Part shown: in pieces, positions 19,673 through 30,203 of the stretch | How the letters are laid out: each line of letters begins with the position of its first letter | How positions within the stretch are numbered: position 1 is the first letter of the stretch | Source of the DNA: an uncultured Solirubrobacterales bacterium | Lineage (GTDB): Bacteria; Actinomycetota; Thermoleophilia; Solirubrobacterales; Solirubrobacteraceae | NCBI GenBank assembly: GCA_963810015.1 | Contig: CAWEMC010000019.1 | Span: forward strand, 3,530 to 67,529 | Direction: 5' to 3' | Length of the DNA: 64,000 bases | Position numbers and translations under genes: made by a program | Notes under the pieces: model-generated | The model's input: the letters and a program-made list of their open reading frames with translations, nothing else | What the model was told of the DNA's origin: nothing | Databases searched by the model: none

Positions 19673-20600
19673 ATGGGCACGTCAACGGCCAGCGTGACCG
19701 GTAAGCGTGTTGTTGTCACCGGCGGCGCGGGGTTCATCGGGTCCCATCTTTGCGAGGCGTTGCTCGCAAGCGACAACCGCGTCACCTGCGTGGACAACCT
19801 CGTCGGAACAGAGGGCTCGACGCACAACCTGTACGACTTCATCGACGACCCGCGCTTCGAGCTTGTAACCGACAGCGTGCTCGATTGGGCCGATCGGACA
19901 GACCTGACAGGCCTCGACTGCATATTCCACCAGGCGGCGTCGAAGAACACCGTCGCGTTGGACGACCCTGAGCTCGACCTCGCGGTCAATGGGCTTGGCA
20001 CGCTCCGTCTGCTCCTAGCTGCGGCTCCGCGGCTCCCGAAGACCGTGCAGACACGACCGGATGCGGTTGGCGCGACAGGCCGCGCTCACAGGAGACGTGT
20101 CCAACGAGAGGTGTCCCTCTATGGCGTGAGCAAGCTAGCCGGCGAGTCCTATTGTGCCGTCATCGGTAGGACCTTCGGCCTGGACTACACCGTGTTGCGG
20201 TAGTACCACGTCAACGGCCGTCGCCAGGATTCCTCCGAGCGCGGGGGCGTTCTCGCGATCTCGAGCGCGCTGCCTTAGGGCGCCCCCTAACGATCTACGG
20301 CACGGGCACCCAGACCCGTTCGTTCACCGCCGTGCACGACGTAGTGCGAGCGAACGTGCTCGCCTTAGTCATCCGCGCGCGCGTCCTCTCAAGACTTCAT
20401 CGCGCGTCCGGCGTCACCGTATGCATTCGACGAATGGCCGACTCGTAATCGCGGAGACCAGCAGCCAGCATCGGATCGAGTACGCGCCTCCACGACCGGG
20501 GGACATCGAGCAATTCACGATCGACAACACCAAGCTGCGGCAGCTCGGGATCAAATGCGGATGTCATGGCGTGCCCGCGCGGGACTTGATCGGAAGGTGA
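19673..20600 (+). pseudogene. Degraded NAD-dependent epimerase/dehydratase
   Basis: VVVTGGAGFIGSHL, IFHQAAS, YGVSK, then in-frame TAG at 20201-20203 (LR*YHV), later fragments TRSFT.VHDV and PRPGDI in other frames. Confidence 0.85.
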
Positions 20601-21087
20601 AGGAAGCACGCCGGCCAGCGATGCGCCGTCCAAGCGGACGATTCAGCCGCAGGTTCTCTTCAGCGATCGAGGCCTCGAGGAGCCACCCAACGAGCGCCAA
20701 ACACGAGCAGCAGGCGGGCCGCCCAGGACATTGCGCTGCCGACTTCAGTTTAGGTCGAGCTCAGATCAATGGCCGAAGTATGCGATCGAGATCGCGACCT
20801 AAGAGCAAGTGCCGCTGCCGTCTGGTGGCGTTCGGAGGCAAACACAGTGACGAGCGACGGTCAGGGATCGGATGCCACGGTCCGCCGTTGCCGCCTGAGT
20901 CGCCATAGGCGCTGATCCTGCCCGGCGAGTGGCCGTACACCCTCCGGGCAGAGGACTCCAAGAGGGCCCTGGTGCGGTGTTCCGTCAGACGATCCGCCCG
21001 ATGGGATGCCCGCGCGGCTCCTCACCGCCGACTCGCCACGCTGGTTCAGCGGGGTTTGGACTCCTGGATCTTGCGCGACGAATCCCT

Positions 21088-23061
21088 ATGATCACGCCAA
21101 TGCCGTTCGCTCTGAACCGTGTTGCCAACCTCGAGGACTTCGAAGCGCAGGTTGTCGCGGATGCGATCCGCGAGATTTACGTGCGTCAGTCGGAGGATTC
21201 GCCTGAGTTCCCCAGGGGCAGGGAGCACCGCAAGCAGTGGGAGGTGGCGATGGCGGCCCTTGCTCTCGAGGACGGCGCCGTGCTGCGACCTGATGCCGAG
21301 GTTCTTGGTATCGGCGCCGGCAGCGAGGCGACCCTATTTTGGCTGACGAATTACGTTCGCAGGGTGTGGGCCACGGACCTATACGCCGATCCCGGCTCGT
21401 GGGTAGACGCAGCGCCACCGAGAATGCTCACGAATCCTGGGAGCGCGTGGGACGGGCCATGGAACCCGCGGCGGCTGGTCGTTCAGCACATGGACGCGTG
21501 CGAATTGCATTACGAGGACGAGACGTTTGACGGCATCTTCTCATCGGGATCGATCGAGCACTTCGGGTCGCTGGAACGTATCGGCATCGCCATGGACGAG
21601 GCGTTCCGGGTCCTGAAGCGAGGTGGGACTGCCTCCTTCTCGACCGAGTTCCTGATCGACGGGGACCCACTGGCGTTCGAGGAGCACACCGTGTGTTTCA
21701 CCCCCGAGCTCATCGAGCGCGTGCTGCTCGGGAACCGTGAATGGGTACCTGTGTCGGACATCGAATATCGGCTCTCCGACGCGACGGTTGCTACCGAGAT
21801 TGAGAGCTCTGAGTACGCCGCCCGTGAGGCACGAGGCGAGTCGATATACCCGCATTGTGCACTGCGCGTCGGGCCCAATTTGATAACGAGCGTACACATC
21901 GCGTTGCGTAAATCCGCACGGCCGAACGGCGGTAGGATCGTGACTTCTCGCGCCGCCCCGATCGCCGCAGCAGGGTCACAACAGGATGTCGCGGCGCCCA
22001 CTCACGGCCCGAAGGCTCGAGCCCGCTCGACGAGGGTCAGGGCGACGGCGGCGTTCATCGACGGTTTCGATACGCTCCGGCCGGTGGCCGGCCGACACCA
22101 AGGGTCAACAGCGAAGCGGGTCGCGAAACGTCTTGCGCGACCGGTACTCGTGCCGGTCGATGGCCGAGTAGCAGACATCAACCGTAGGATCGACAGCGTC
22201 CGTGAGGCCAACACGGAGGCCTCTTCATATATCGGCGTCGAGCTCCGGCGACTCCACGACGAGCTGGAAGGGTTGAGAGAGAAAGCGCTCGATGAGCACT
22301 ACCGGATGCGGCTGGCCCGGGTTGCCGACCTGCCGCTTGAGGAGCTGGACGCCCCGCTCGCGCACGCCATTAACGACGCGACGAGCTATCGGGGCCTGTA
22401 CGCACAAGCCGGGCTTTGGTTCAACCCACCGGTCGCGGTTGTGCTTTCGGAAGGGGCTGCCTCGGTCGTACACGTCAGCGAACGAATCGTTGAGCTGCCG
22501 TTTGCGATGGCGGCGCTGACTCGCCTCGAGGCTGGTGCCCGCATCCTTGACGTCGGCAGCGCCGAAAGCACCTTCCCGCTCTCGGCAGCGTCACTTGGCT
22601 ACAAGGTCACGGCCGTTGACCCTCGGCCGTTGGCGTATTCACACCCTAACCTGGAGAGCCACGCAGCGCTGCTCGAGGAATGGGACGCGCCATCCGAGCC
22701 CTTCGCGGCGGCGTTCTTGATATCGACGATCGAGCACGTTGGCCTCGGCGCTTACGGGGAACATACCTACGGCAGCACGGAACACGGCGAGGGCGCTGAC
22801 CTAGCCGCACTGGACCGTGTGCGCGAGCTCCTCGCGCCCGACGGCCTGTTGATCCTCACGACCCCTTATGGCACCCGTGAGCTCACTGAGCTCGAGCGGA
22901 TCTACGATGAGGCATCGTTGAACAAGCTGCTGGCCGGTTGGGACGTCCTCGAACGTCAAATCGTGGCCCGGCGCGATCCGGTTGTCTGGGAGCAAGATGA
23001 GACGGTGGCCGGAGGCTCGCGCGGCGTGGTGATGATAATCGCGCGCCCGAAGCACTCCTGA
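21088..23061 (+). CDS. Two-domain class I methyltransferase (second domain DUF268-like) with a coiled-coil linker
   Basis: VLGIGAGSE...FSSGSIEHFG...LKRGG; linker RIDSVREAN...LRRLHDELEGLREK; ILDVGSAES...ISTIEHVGLGAYG...LAPDGLLILTTPYG. Confidence 0.82.
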   Translation: MITPMPFALNRVANLEDFEAQVVADAIREIYVRQSEDSPEFPRGREHRKQWEVAMAALALEDGAVLRPDAEVLGIGAGSEATLFWLTNYVRRVWATDLYADPGSWVDAAPPRMLTNPGSAWDGPWNPRRLVVQHMDACELHYEDETFDGIFSSGSIEHFGSLERIGIAMDEAFRVLKRGGTASFSTEFLIDGDPLAFEEHTVCFTPELIERVLLGNREWVPVSDIEYRLSDATVATEIESSEYAAREARGESIYPHCALRVGPNLITSVHIALRKSARPNGGRIVTSRAAPIAAAGSQQDVAAPTHGPKARARSTRVRATAAFIDGFDTLRPVAGRHQGSTAKRVAKRLARPVLVPVDGRVADINRRIDSVREANTEASSYIGVELRRLHDELEGLREKALDEHYRMRLARVADLPLEELDAPLAHAINDATSYRGLYAQAGLWFNPPVAVVLSEGAASVVHVSERIVELPFAMAALTRLEAGARILDVGSAESTFPLSAASLGYKVTAVDPRPLAYSHPNLESHAALLEEWDAPSEPFAAAFLISTIEHVGLGAYGEHTYGSTEHGEGADLAALDRVRELLAPDGLLILTTPYGTRELTELERIYDEASLNKLLAGWDVLERQIVARRDPVVWEQDETVAGGSRGVVMIIARPKHS

Positions 23062-23086
23062 CGCTGTAACGGTCGTAAGCACAGAG

Positions 23087-25459
23087 ATGACACTACCGAG
23101 CCGGTCGGTTTGCCTGTATGTCGACGGCGCACAGAATCCCGGCTCGCTCGATCGCGGGATCGGACGGCAAGTGTCCGAGCATGCGCGCGCGATCCACCTG
23201 GTTAGACCATCGGTCCTGCACTCGGTCTTGCTCAATCCGGGCCGTTCGCTGACCGGCAACCTCAGCTCATTTCTCGGCTCGGGACTTCTGGACTGGGGTG
23301 CTGGACCGCGCTCGGCGGACCGTCCACCCAGCGACCTTCCGCGGGTGTACCACATCATGTCACCGTTTGAGCCGACCGCCGCTGACGTGATGTGGCCTCG
23401 CTGGGCGAGGGACTCGCGAATTGCCACCGTTGTCACGCTTCACGACCTGATACCGCTGATCTTCGCGGACCAGTATCTGCCTGACGCGGGGGTACGGGCC
23501 TGGTACATGGCTCGTCTCGAGTTGATCCGCCACGCCGACGGCGTTCTCACGGTTTCGGAGTACACCGCTCGCGACGCGCTCGAGCGCCTCCAGATTCCCA
23601 CGGAGCGCCTGCACGTGATCCACGCGGGCACGAGCGACCACCTGGCGGAGATGTACTCATCGGCCGCGGCAGCCTGGTCACAACTGTCACACGAGCTCAG
23701 AACGGTGCGACCCGGCTTCATGCTCTACGTCGGCGCAGTGGAGTTCCGTAAGAACATCGGGGGACTCATCGCCGGCTTCGCTCGGCTGCCAGCGGAGATG
23801 CGTGCCCAGCACCAGCTCGTGATTGTCTGCGCGCTCGATCCTGGCCAGCGAACACGCCTCCAGGCCGACGCGGCTCGCTTGGGGATCGGCCGAGACGAGC
23901 TCGTCCTGACTGGGCGCGTGAGCGACCGCGACCTGGGTGCCCTGTACCACGCTTGCGACCTGTTCGTCTATCCCTCCTTCTATGAGGGATTCGGCTTGCC
24001 AATAATCGAGGCGATGTCCTGCGGGGCCCCGGTTTGCGCGAGTGCGACGACGACGGGCCCGGAGGTGCTTGGCGACCTCGAGGGAACCTTCGAACCTCAC
24101 GATCCCGACTCGATCGCATCGTGTCTCGCCGGCGTTCTGAATTCGGCGGATGCGATGGATCGGTTGAGAGCTCGTTCGCGGCGGCGCGCCGCGGAGTACA
24201 CGTGGAGACGCGTCGCCGAGCGGTCAATCGAAGCCTACGAACGAGCGATGGCTATCACGGCGCGGCGTCGGTCCCGCCGGGCGCGGATCGCACTCGTGAC
24301 GTCGTGGCCGCCCGACGCGTCGCGCACCGCCGACTACTACCGTCGGCTTGCCGTCGAGCTCGGGCAACACGTCGATGTCGACGTCATCGTCGGGCATCCC
24401 ATTGAGGACTATCCGGCGCCACCCGAGCGCGGCGTCCGGCTGATCTACGCCCGGGACTTCCAGCAGCTCAGCGCCGTGCGTCAGCACGACCGCGTCCTGT
24501 ATTGCATGGGGAACTCAAAGTTCCACGCTCATGTGTATGAGCTGCTCAGGCGTCGATCGGGGGCAATCGTCCTCCATGACGTCCTCATGACTGGCTTCTA
24601 TGCCTGGTACACGGGCGTCCACCGTCCGGATGATCCGGCGCGCGCGCTCGCTGAGCGCATTCACGAGATGTACGAACATCGACTGCCGCCCGAGGCGACG
24701 GACGGCACGCCGCTTCCATTCGAGCGCCAGCTGGCACTCGGTATCTACATGACCCGCGAGCTGCAGAACCTCGCCGAGCAATGCTTCGTGCACTCCCAGT
24801 CCGCGCGCGAGGTACTGGAACTCGATCGCGGTCTGCTGGACCGCCAGGTTCGGGTCTCCGTGCTGCCGTTCGGCATGCGGCAGACGGCCGAGGCGCCGCG
24901 CGGCGGCGCTAAGTCAAGTCCGGTTCTTGTCAGCGTCGGCGATACCAATGAAATGAACGACGTCGCCTCGTTGATCAATGCCTTCGGCCAACTTGCTGTC
25001 GAAATCCCAGACGCGCGGCTTGTTATCCCAGGCCCGATCGATGGTGACGCCCCCGGGCGCTGGCACCAGTATGCGAGCGAGCAAGCGCCGCACGCAAACA
25101 TTGACCTTCCTGGCGAGATCAGCGAGGAAGTACAAGCAGAGCTTGTGCGGACGGCCGATCTGGCTGTAGAGCTGTCACTCGTCTCCACCGGCGATGCGTC
25201 GGCGGCTGTCGCCGACTGTCTCGCAAACGGTGTTCCAACGCTCGTCACCGATCTGGGTTGGGCCCGAGAGCTACCGCGCAGCGTCGCCGAGAGGGTGCCG
25301 CCCGGAGCGGGCCCTCTCCAGCTCAAGGACAGGATGGGGAAGCTCCTCGCTGACGGGAACCGACGCCAGGCGATGAGTCAGGCCGCCCTCGAGCATGCTC
25401 GCAGCCACAGCTTTGCTCGAGTTGCGGATGCCTACCTGGACGCCCTCGGTCTGCTCTGA
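23087..25459 (+). CDS. Two-domain GT4 glycosyltransferase (WbdA-like architecture)
   Basis: RGIGR, TLHDLIPL, KNIGGL, YPSFYEGFGLPIIEAMSCG; second domain with LYCMGNSKFH and CLANGVPTLVTDLGW. Confidence 0.9.
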   Translation: MTLPSRSVCLYVDGAQNPGSLDRGIGRQVSEHARAIHLVRPSVLHSVLLNPGRSLTGNLSSFLGSGLLDWGAGPRSADRPPSDLPRVYHIMSPFEPTAADVMWPRWARDSRIATVVTLHDLIPLIFADQYLPDAGVRAWYMARLELIRHADGVLTVSEYTARDALERLQIPTERLHVIHAGTSDHLAEMYSSAAAAWSQLSHELRTVRPGFMLYVGAVEFRKNIGGLIAGFARLPAEMRAQHQLVIVCALDPGQRTRLQADAARLGIGRDELVLTGRVSDRDLGALYHACDLFVYPSFYEGFGLPIIEAMSCGAPVCASATTTGPEVLGDLEGTFEPHDPDSIASCLAGVLNSADAMDRLRARSRRRAAEYTWRRVAERSIEAYERAMAITARRRSRRARIALVTSWPPDASRTADYYRRLAVELGQHVDVDVIVGHPIEDYPAPPERGVRLIYARDFQQLSAVRQHDRVLYCMGNSKFHAHVYELLRRRSGAIVLHDVLMTGFYAWYTGVHRPDDPARALAERIHEMYEHRLPPEATDGTPLPFERQLALGIYMTRELQNLAEQCFVHSQSAREVLELDRGLLDRQVRVSVLPFGMRQTAEAPRGGAKSSPVLVSVGDTNEMNDVASLINAFGQLAVEIPDARLVIPGPIDGDAPGRWHQYASEQAPHANIDLPGEISEEVQAELVRTADLAVELSLVSTGDASAAVADCLANGVPTLVTDLGWARELPRSVAERVPPGAGPLQLKDRMGKLLADGNRRQAMSQAALEHARSHSFARVADAYLDALGLL

Positions 25460-25475
25460 TCGGTGTGCCGGCGTC

Positions 25476-26165
25476 CTACGGCTTGGTCGCCACTATCACG
25501 TTGTGCGCGGCGAACCTGTGCAGCACGGGGGTTCTCTCGACCGCGCCCTCGACCGCGGCGGCGAAGGGGAGTGCGCGAGGCGGGGTGAAATCCGGTACCA
25601 GCCCGAGCTGCGTCGAGAGCAGAATCGCGCCGCCGGCGAAGCGCAGCCCATCGAGTACCTCCGTCTCGGGAATCAGGCGCTCCTCGCCGGTGTCCTGCGG
25701 CACGCGTGCCATCAGCCGCCCCCAGTATGGATTGCGTGGATTGTGGTCCCAGACGATCACCCGACCCGAGTCCCTCTTCGCGACGCGGAGCATCTCGGCC
25801 AAGGTCTCTCGCACATAGCCGGCGTCGGCGATGTGGTGCAGCACGGCAACGGTGATCACGAGGTCGAAGCTGTCGTCCGGGAACGGCAGCGATGTCCCGG
25901 ACGCCACCGCGGTCGAGATCCGGGGCGCCTTGGTGCCCGCGACATCGAGCATTCCCTGCGACGGGTCGACGCCGACCATCTCGTAACCCGCCTCGGCGAG
26001 CCGTTCGGCAAACGCTCCCGTTCCGCATCCAACGTCCAGTCCCTTTCCCATGGGAGCATGCTCAAGCACGAACCTCGTGCGCTTGCGGAGGTAGTGCTCG
26101 ACCACGTGGGGCGGCAGCGAGTGATCGTAGCCGTTGGCGATCGTGTCAAAGTGCGACGCGCTCAC
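25476..26165 (-). CDS. Class I SAM-dependent methyltransferase
   Basis: LDVGCGTG, LPFPDDSFDLV, VLHH, DHNPRNP. Confidence 0.9.
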   Translation of the reverse strand: MSASHFDTIANGYDHSLPPHVVEHYLRKRTRFVLEHAPMGKGLDVGCGTGAFAERLAEAGYEMVGVDPSQGMLDVAGTKAPRISTAVASGTSLPFPDDSFDLVITVAVLHHIADAGYVRETLAEMLRVAKRDSGRVIVWDHNPRNPYWGRLMARVPQDTGEERLIPETEVLDGLRFAGGAILLSTQLGLVPDFTPPRALPFAAAVEGAVERTPVLHRFAAHNVIVATKP

Positions 26166-26928
26166 GCTTCTCCTCGCGTTCGGAGGCGCGCGCCGCGAGC
26201 CTCGGCGGCCGAGCCCGACGCAGGTGATACGAGCGTCGGTAGGTCAGGATCAGCCTGAGCATTTGCAGCCCGACGGCCACGGCCTTGACGATGCTGCCCG
26301 TGACCGACGAGACCCCGACCCGCGGCAGGTAATTGACCGGCACTTCGACGAACCGCGCGCCCGACAGGATCGTAAGTAGCATGATCTCGCACCCGGCGTG
26401 GCTGCCTCCGACCTTCATCTCCTCGGCTACGCGGCGGGCGGTGGGCCGGCGCAGCACCTTGTACGTGCAGCCGACGTCGCTGAGGTGCGAGGTGTTGTAC
26501 AGGAGCTCGATCAGCTTTGCGACGGCCCAGTTCCCCCAGCGCAGCAAACCCGCCATATTCGCGTCCCGCCAGATCAGCTCGAGCGTCGTGCGGGTGCCGA
26601 ATACCGCCTCGCACTCGCCGCTATAGACGAGGAGTTTCAACACATCCTCCGCTAGGAACGTGCCGTCAGGCTCGGCCAGGACGATGATCTCGCCTGTGGC
26701 GTCGAGCAACCCGCGGCGCGTTGCGTACCCGTAGCCCTGAAGCGGCTCGTGCACAAGCCGGGCGCGCGTCTTGCGCACCTCATCGGCCGTTCCGGGCTCG
26801 GCGTTGTTATCGACAACGACGACCTCGTCGACCACGCCGGTTGCGAAGAATCCGTCGATCACCGCCCTGATCGAGCCACGCTCGGCGTACGTCATCAGCA
26901 CAACGGACACCGTCGCACCATTCCACAT
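26146..26928 (-). CDS. GT2 glycosyltransferase, DPM1/GtrB-like
   Basis: VVVVDNN, QGYGYA, EPDGTF, LSDVGC, EVPVNYLPRVGVS. Confidence 0.9.
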   Translation of the reverse strand: MWNGATVSVVLMTYAERGSIRAVIDGFFATGVVDEVVVVDNNAEPGTADEVRKTRARLVHEPLQGYGYATRRGLLDATGEIIVLAEPDGTFLAEDVLKLLVYSGECEAVFGTRTTLELIWRDANMAGLLRWGNWAVAKLIELLYNTSHLSDVGCTYKVLRRPTARRVAEEMKVGGSHAGCEIMLLTILSGARFVEVPVNYLPRVGVSSVTGSIVKAVAVGLQMLRLILTYRRSYHLRRARPPRLAARASEREEKRERVAL

Positions 26929-27087
26929 GAGAGATCCCTCTGTCGTGTCCCGAGAGTCGCAGCGATTCTAGCTTCAACACCTGCTCCGAGCCGGGCCCGA
27001 GGTCGGTCCCGATCTCGTCAGCCGTTCGAGCTCGATCAGACGAGCGCGGGGCAGTCCGGCGCGGCGCGATTACGATTAGCAGCCGCA

Positions 27088-28806
27088 ATGGCGACTCAGT
27101 CGGCAATGGAAAACCGCGTCCCACGGGCGCTCGACGTCGTCCGCGATTGGCTTGCGTCGCGGCGCGGACAGGCGACAGCCGCGCTGGCGTTGTACACGGC
27201 GATCTCGATCGGCTACTTCGGCCTGCATGTGCTTCCCCATCTCGGAAGTGCGGATGTGGGCCTGCCGAACTGGGGCGACCCAACGGTCAACATGTGGAGT
27301 CTGGCCTGGTGGCCACACGCGCTGCTTCACGGTCTGAACCCCCTCGTTAGCAATGTGGTTTTGACCCCGAACCGGATCAATCTGGCCGCCGTGAGCCCGA
27401 CGCTGGCCCCGCTGGCGGGAATCGTCGCCGCGCCGATCACCCTCCTGTTCGGGCCAATCGTGTCCTACAACGTTCTGATGCTCGCGTCCCCGGCGCTGGA
27501 CGCGCTCTTTGCCTTCCTCCTGTGCCGGTACATCACCCGCAACTTCGAGGCCAGCCTCGTGGGTGGGTATGTGTTCGGCTTCTCCACTTTCATCCTGGGG
27601 CATATGCTGGGCCACCTCCAGCTCGTGCTGGTCTTTCCGATCCCGGCCGCGGTCCACTTGGTGCTCCGCCTGATCGACGGGCGCATCAGCCAACGGCGGT
27701 TCATTTTCCTGATGGCGCTTGCGTTTGCCGCTCTGTATTTGATCGCGAGCGAGCTCGCAGCCACGTTCGTTCTCCTCGGGGCCATCGCCCTCGCCGTGGC
27801 GTTCGCACTCGCTCCCACCAAGCGAGCGCAGATCGCCCGCGCGATCAAGCCGATCCTTGCTGCGGGAGTGGCAGCTGCGCTCGTGACGAGTCCCGTGATC
27901 TGGTACGAGCTTCACGGAACCGTCAAGTTCGGACCGGCGTTCGGCGACACCAACGGTACGGACGGGCTCGGCTTCCTCGTGCCCACGAACCTCTTGAGAC
28001 TTGGCAGGAAGTATTTCGGGGCGCTTTCGATGTCGTACAACGCGGGCCGAAGCGCCGCCGAGGCGAGCAGCTATATCGGCGTGGGGTTCGCGCTGATCGT
28101 TGCGCGCTACTCGATCACCCGCTGGCGCTTGGCCTCCACAAAAATCCTGTTCGCGATGTTCGCAGTTGTTGCGGTGTGCGTGCTCGGCTCGCGCCTCCAC
28201 ATCGCGGGCTACCCGACCATCCCGCTTCCGTGGAAGCTGATCGACCAAGGATTGCTCCAGGACATAGCGCCCGCGCGCATTTCGGTCTACCTGTTCCTGA
28301 TCGTCGGGGTGATCGCAGCCATGTGGCTCGCGGAGCCACGCTCTGGAGGATGGGGTGTGGCGAAATGGGCGCTCGCGGTCGCGAGCATCGCGTTCCTGGT
28401 GCCCAACCTCAGCAGCGGCGCTTGGCGCGGCACGGAGCCGAACCCGGCGTTCTTCACCACCCACGAGTATCGAAGCGTCCTCAGGCGCGGGGAAACGGTC
28501 CTCGTTCTGCCGTGGGGCCAACTCGGGTACGGGATGCTCTGGCAGGCCGAGACCGGGATGTGGTTTCGCATGGCCGGCGGATATTTCAATGCGGTGTACA
28601 CGCCGGACTACGTCAGTGACCCGTTGTTCCCCGCCCTGCGCAACAACCTCAAGCCGAACCCTCAGTTATTGCGGTCATTCCTAGCCCGCAGACACGTAGA
28701 CGCGGTGGTCGTCGATCCCGCGTTCTCGCCGCAATGGCTCGGCCCGCTCGCGGAACTCGGGCTGAAACCGATGTCCATCGGCGGCGTGCTCGTCTACCGG
28801 GTGTGA
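27088..28806 (+). CDS. Polytopic membrane protein, GT-C-like glycosyltransferase
   Basis: About 12 hydrophobic segments; GDPTVNMWSLAWWPH after the first TM; soluble C-terminal domain. Confidence 0.7.
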   Translation: MATQSAMENRVPRALDVVRDWLASRRGQATAALALYTAISIGYFGLHVLPHLGSADVGLPNWGDPTVNMWSLAWWPHALLHGLNPLVSNVVLTPNRINLAAVSPTLAPLAGIVAAPITLLFGPIVSYNVLMLASPALDALFAFLLCRYITRNFEASLVGGYVFGFSTFILGHMLGHLQLVLVFPIPAAVHLVLRLIDGRISQRRFIFLMALAFAALYLIASELAATFVLLGAIALAVAFALAPTKRAQIARAIKPILAAGVAAALVTSPVIWYELHGTVKFGPAFGDTNGTDGLGFLVPTNLLRLGRKYFGALSMSYNAGRSAAEASSYIGVGFALIVARYSITRWRLASTKILFAMFAVVAVCVLGSRLHIAGYPTIPLPWKLIDQGLLQDIAPARISVYLFLIVGVIAAMWLAEPRSGGWGVAKWALAVASIAFLVPNLSSGAWRGTEPNPAFFTTHEYRSVLRRGETVLVLPWGQLGYGMLWQAETGMWFRMAGGYFNAVYTPDYVSDPLFPALRNNLKPNPQLLRSFLARRHVDAVVVDPAFSPQWLGPLAELGLKPMSIGGVLVYRV

Positions 28807-28893
28807 TGCGGCGATAATCGCGCCGTCACGGCAGGCTCGTCCTCCCGTCGATCGGCCACATCCCCGCAGGGCGTTGCTACCGTTTGCCCGGCC

Positions 28894-30162
28894 GTGGCCA
28901 CCGTCTCAAGCGAACAGCGCCCGCGCGCCGACGCCGCGCGCCCCCAGGAGCCTCCGGCAATCGTCGTTCGCGGCGTCAGCAAGACTTTCCGGATCCCGCA
29001 TCTACAGGTCCACACGTTCAAAGAGCGGGCTCTTCATCCGTTTCGTTTCAACCAGTTCGACGAGCTCCGAGCCGTACAGGATGTCTCGTTTGAGGTTCCG
29101 AAGGGCGAGATGTTCGGAATCGTCGGACGGAATGGGAGCGGCAAGAGCACCCTGCTCAAGTGCCTGGCGGGCATCTATGCCGTCGACGCGGGCCGTGGTG
29201 CGGGGGAGCTGGAGGTGCGCGGCCGGCTGTCGCCGTTCATCGAGCTCGGGGTTGGGTTCAACCCCGAGCTGACCGCATACGACAACGTGATCATCAACGC
29301 GATCATGTTGGGGTTGACCGCGAAAGAGGCCCGCCGGCGGTTCGACGAGATCATCGCCTTCGCGGAACTCGAGGAGTTTCTCGACCTGAGACTCAAGAAC
29401 TACTCGTCCGGCATGTACGTCCGCCTCGCGTTCTCCGTAGCGGTCCAGGTCGACGCGGACGTGCTGCTCATCGACGAGGTCTTGGCGGTCGGGGACTCCT
29501 CTTTCCAGCAGAAGTGCTTCGATCGGTTCCATCGGCTCAGGGCCGAGGGGAAGACGATCGTGTTCGTCACCCACGATATGACCTCGGTCACGCGCCTGTG
29601 CAACCGCGCCATGCTCATGGAGCGCGGGCAGGTGGTATGTCACGGCGATCCGAATCGCGTGGCCCGTGAGTACCACGAGCTCAACTTCGGGCGCGCTCCA
29701 GAAGCCGAAGGCGAAGGCCAGGAGAGGCGGTACGGCGACCGTGGTGCAGAGATCCTCGACGCCTGGATCGAGGATGAGGCCGGGCAACGTACCGGCGCCG
29801 TGGCTCAGCGGGAGCCGTTGTCGCTCTGCCTCCAGATCGCGTTCCACGAGGACCTGCAGGATCCCATCTTCGGCTTCCGTCTGACGAACGAACTGGGGCA
29901 AATCGTGGTCGCCTCCCGGACAGATCGGGAACACGGCCCCAGCGGTCATTTCACGCCCGGACAACGCACGCTGGTCCGGATGCGCCTGACGAATTTTCTC
30001 CAACCCGGACGCTACACGTTCTCGCCCGGGGTGGTTCGCAACGGGATGGGTAATGACCCACTTGATATGCGGGACGACTACACCAGCTTCATCATCCACG
30101 GTCCGATCATCACCGGGGGTCAGACCGACCTGCCATACGAGCTCGAGATCGAGCCCGACTAG
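28894..30162 (+). CDS. wzt: Polysaccharide ABC exporter ATPase with C-terminal Wzt_C domain
   Basis: GRNGSGKST, YSSGMYVRLAF, LLIDEVLAVGD..FQQKC; extra ~150-aa beta-rich C-terminal domain. Confidence 0.95.
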   Translation: MATVSSEQRPRADAARPQEPPAIVVRGVSKTFRIPHLQVHTFKERALHPFRFNQFDELRAVQDVSFEVPKGEMFGIVGRNGSGKSTLLKCLAGIYAVDAGRGAGELEVRGRLSPFIELGVGFNPELTAYDNVIINAIMLGLTAKEARRRFDEIIAFAELEEFLDLRLKNYSSGMYVRLAFSVAVQVDADVLLIDEVLAVGDSSFQQKCFDRFHRLRAEGKTIVFVTHDMTSVTRLCNRAMLMERGQVVCHGDPNRVAREYHELNFGRAPEAEGEGQERRYGDRGAEILDAWIEDEAGQRTGAVAQREPLSLCLQIAFHEDLQDPIFGFRLTNELGQIVVASRTDREHGPSGHFTPGQRTLVRMRLTNFLQPGRYTFSPGVVRNGMGNDPLDMRDDYTSFIIHGPIITGGQTDLPYELEIEPD

Positions 30163-30203
30163 CTTGCGGCATCTCTTCAAAGAGCGATGCTACCTTGCCC
30201 GCG

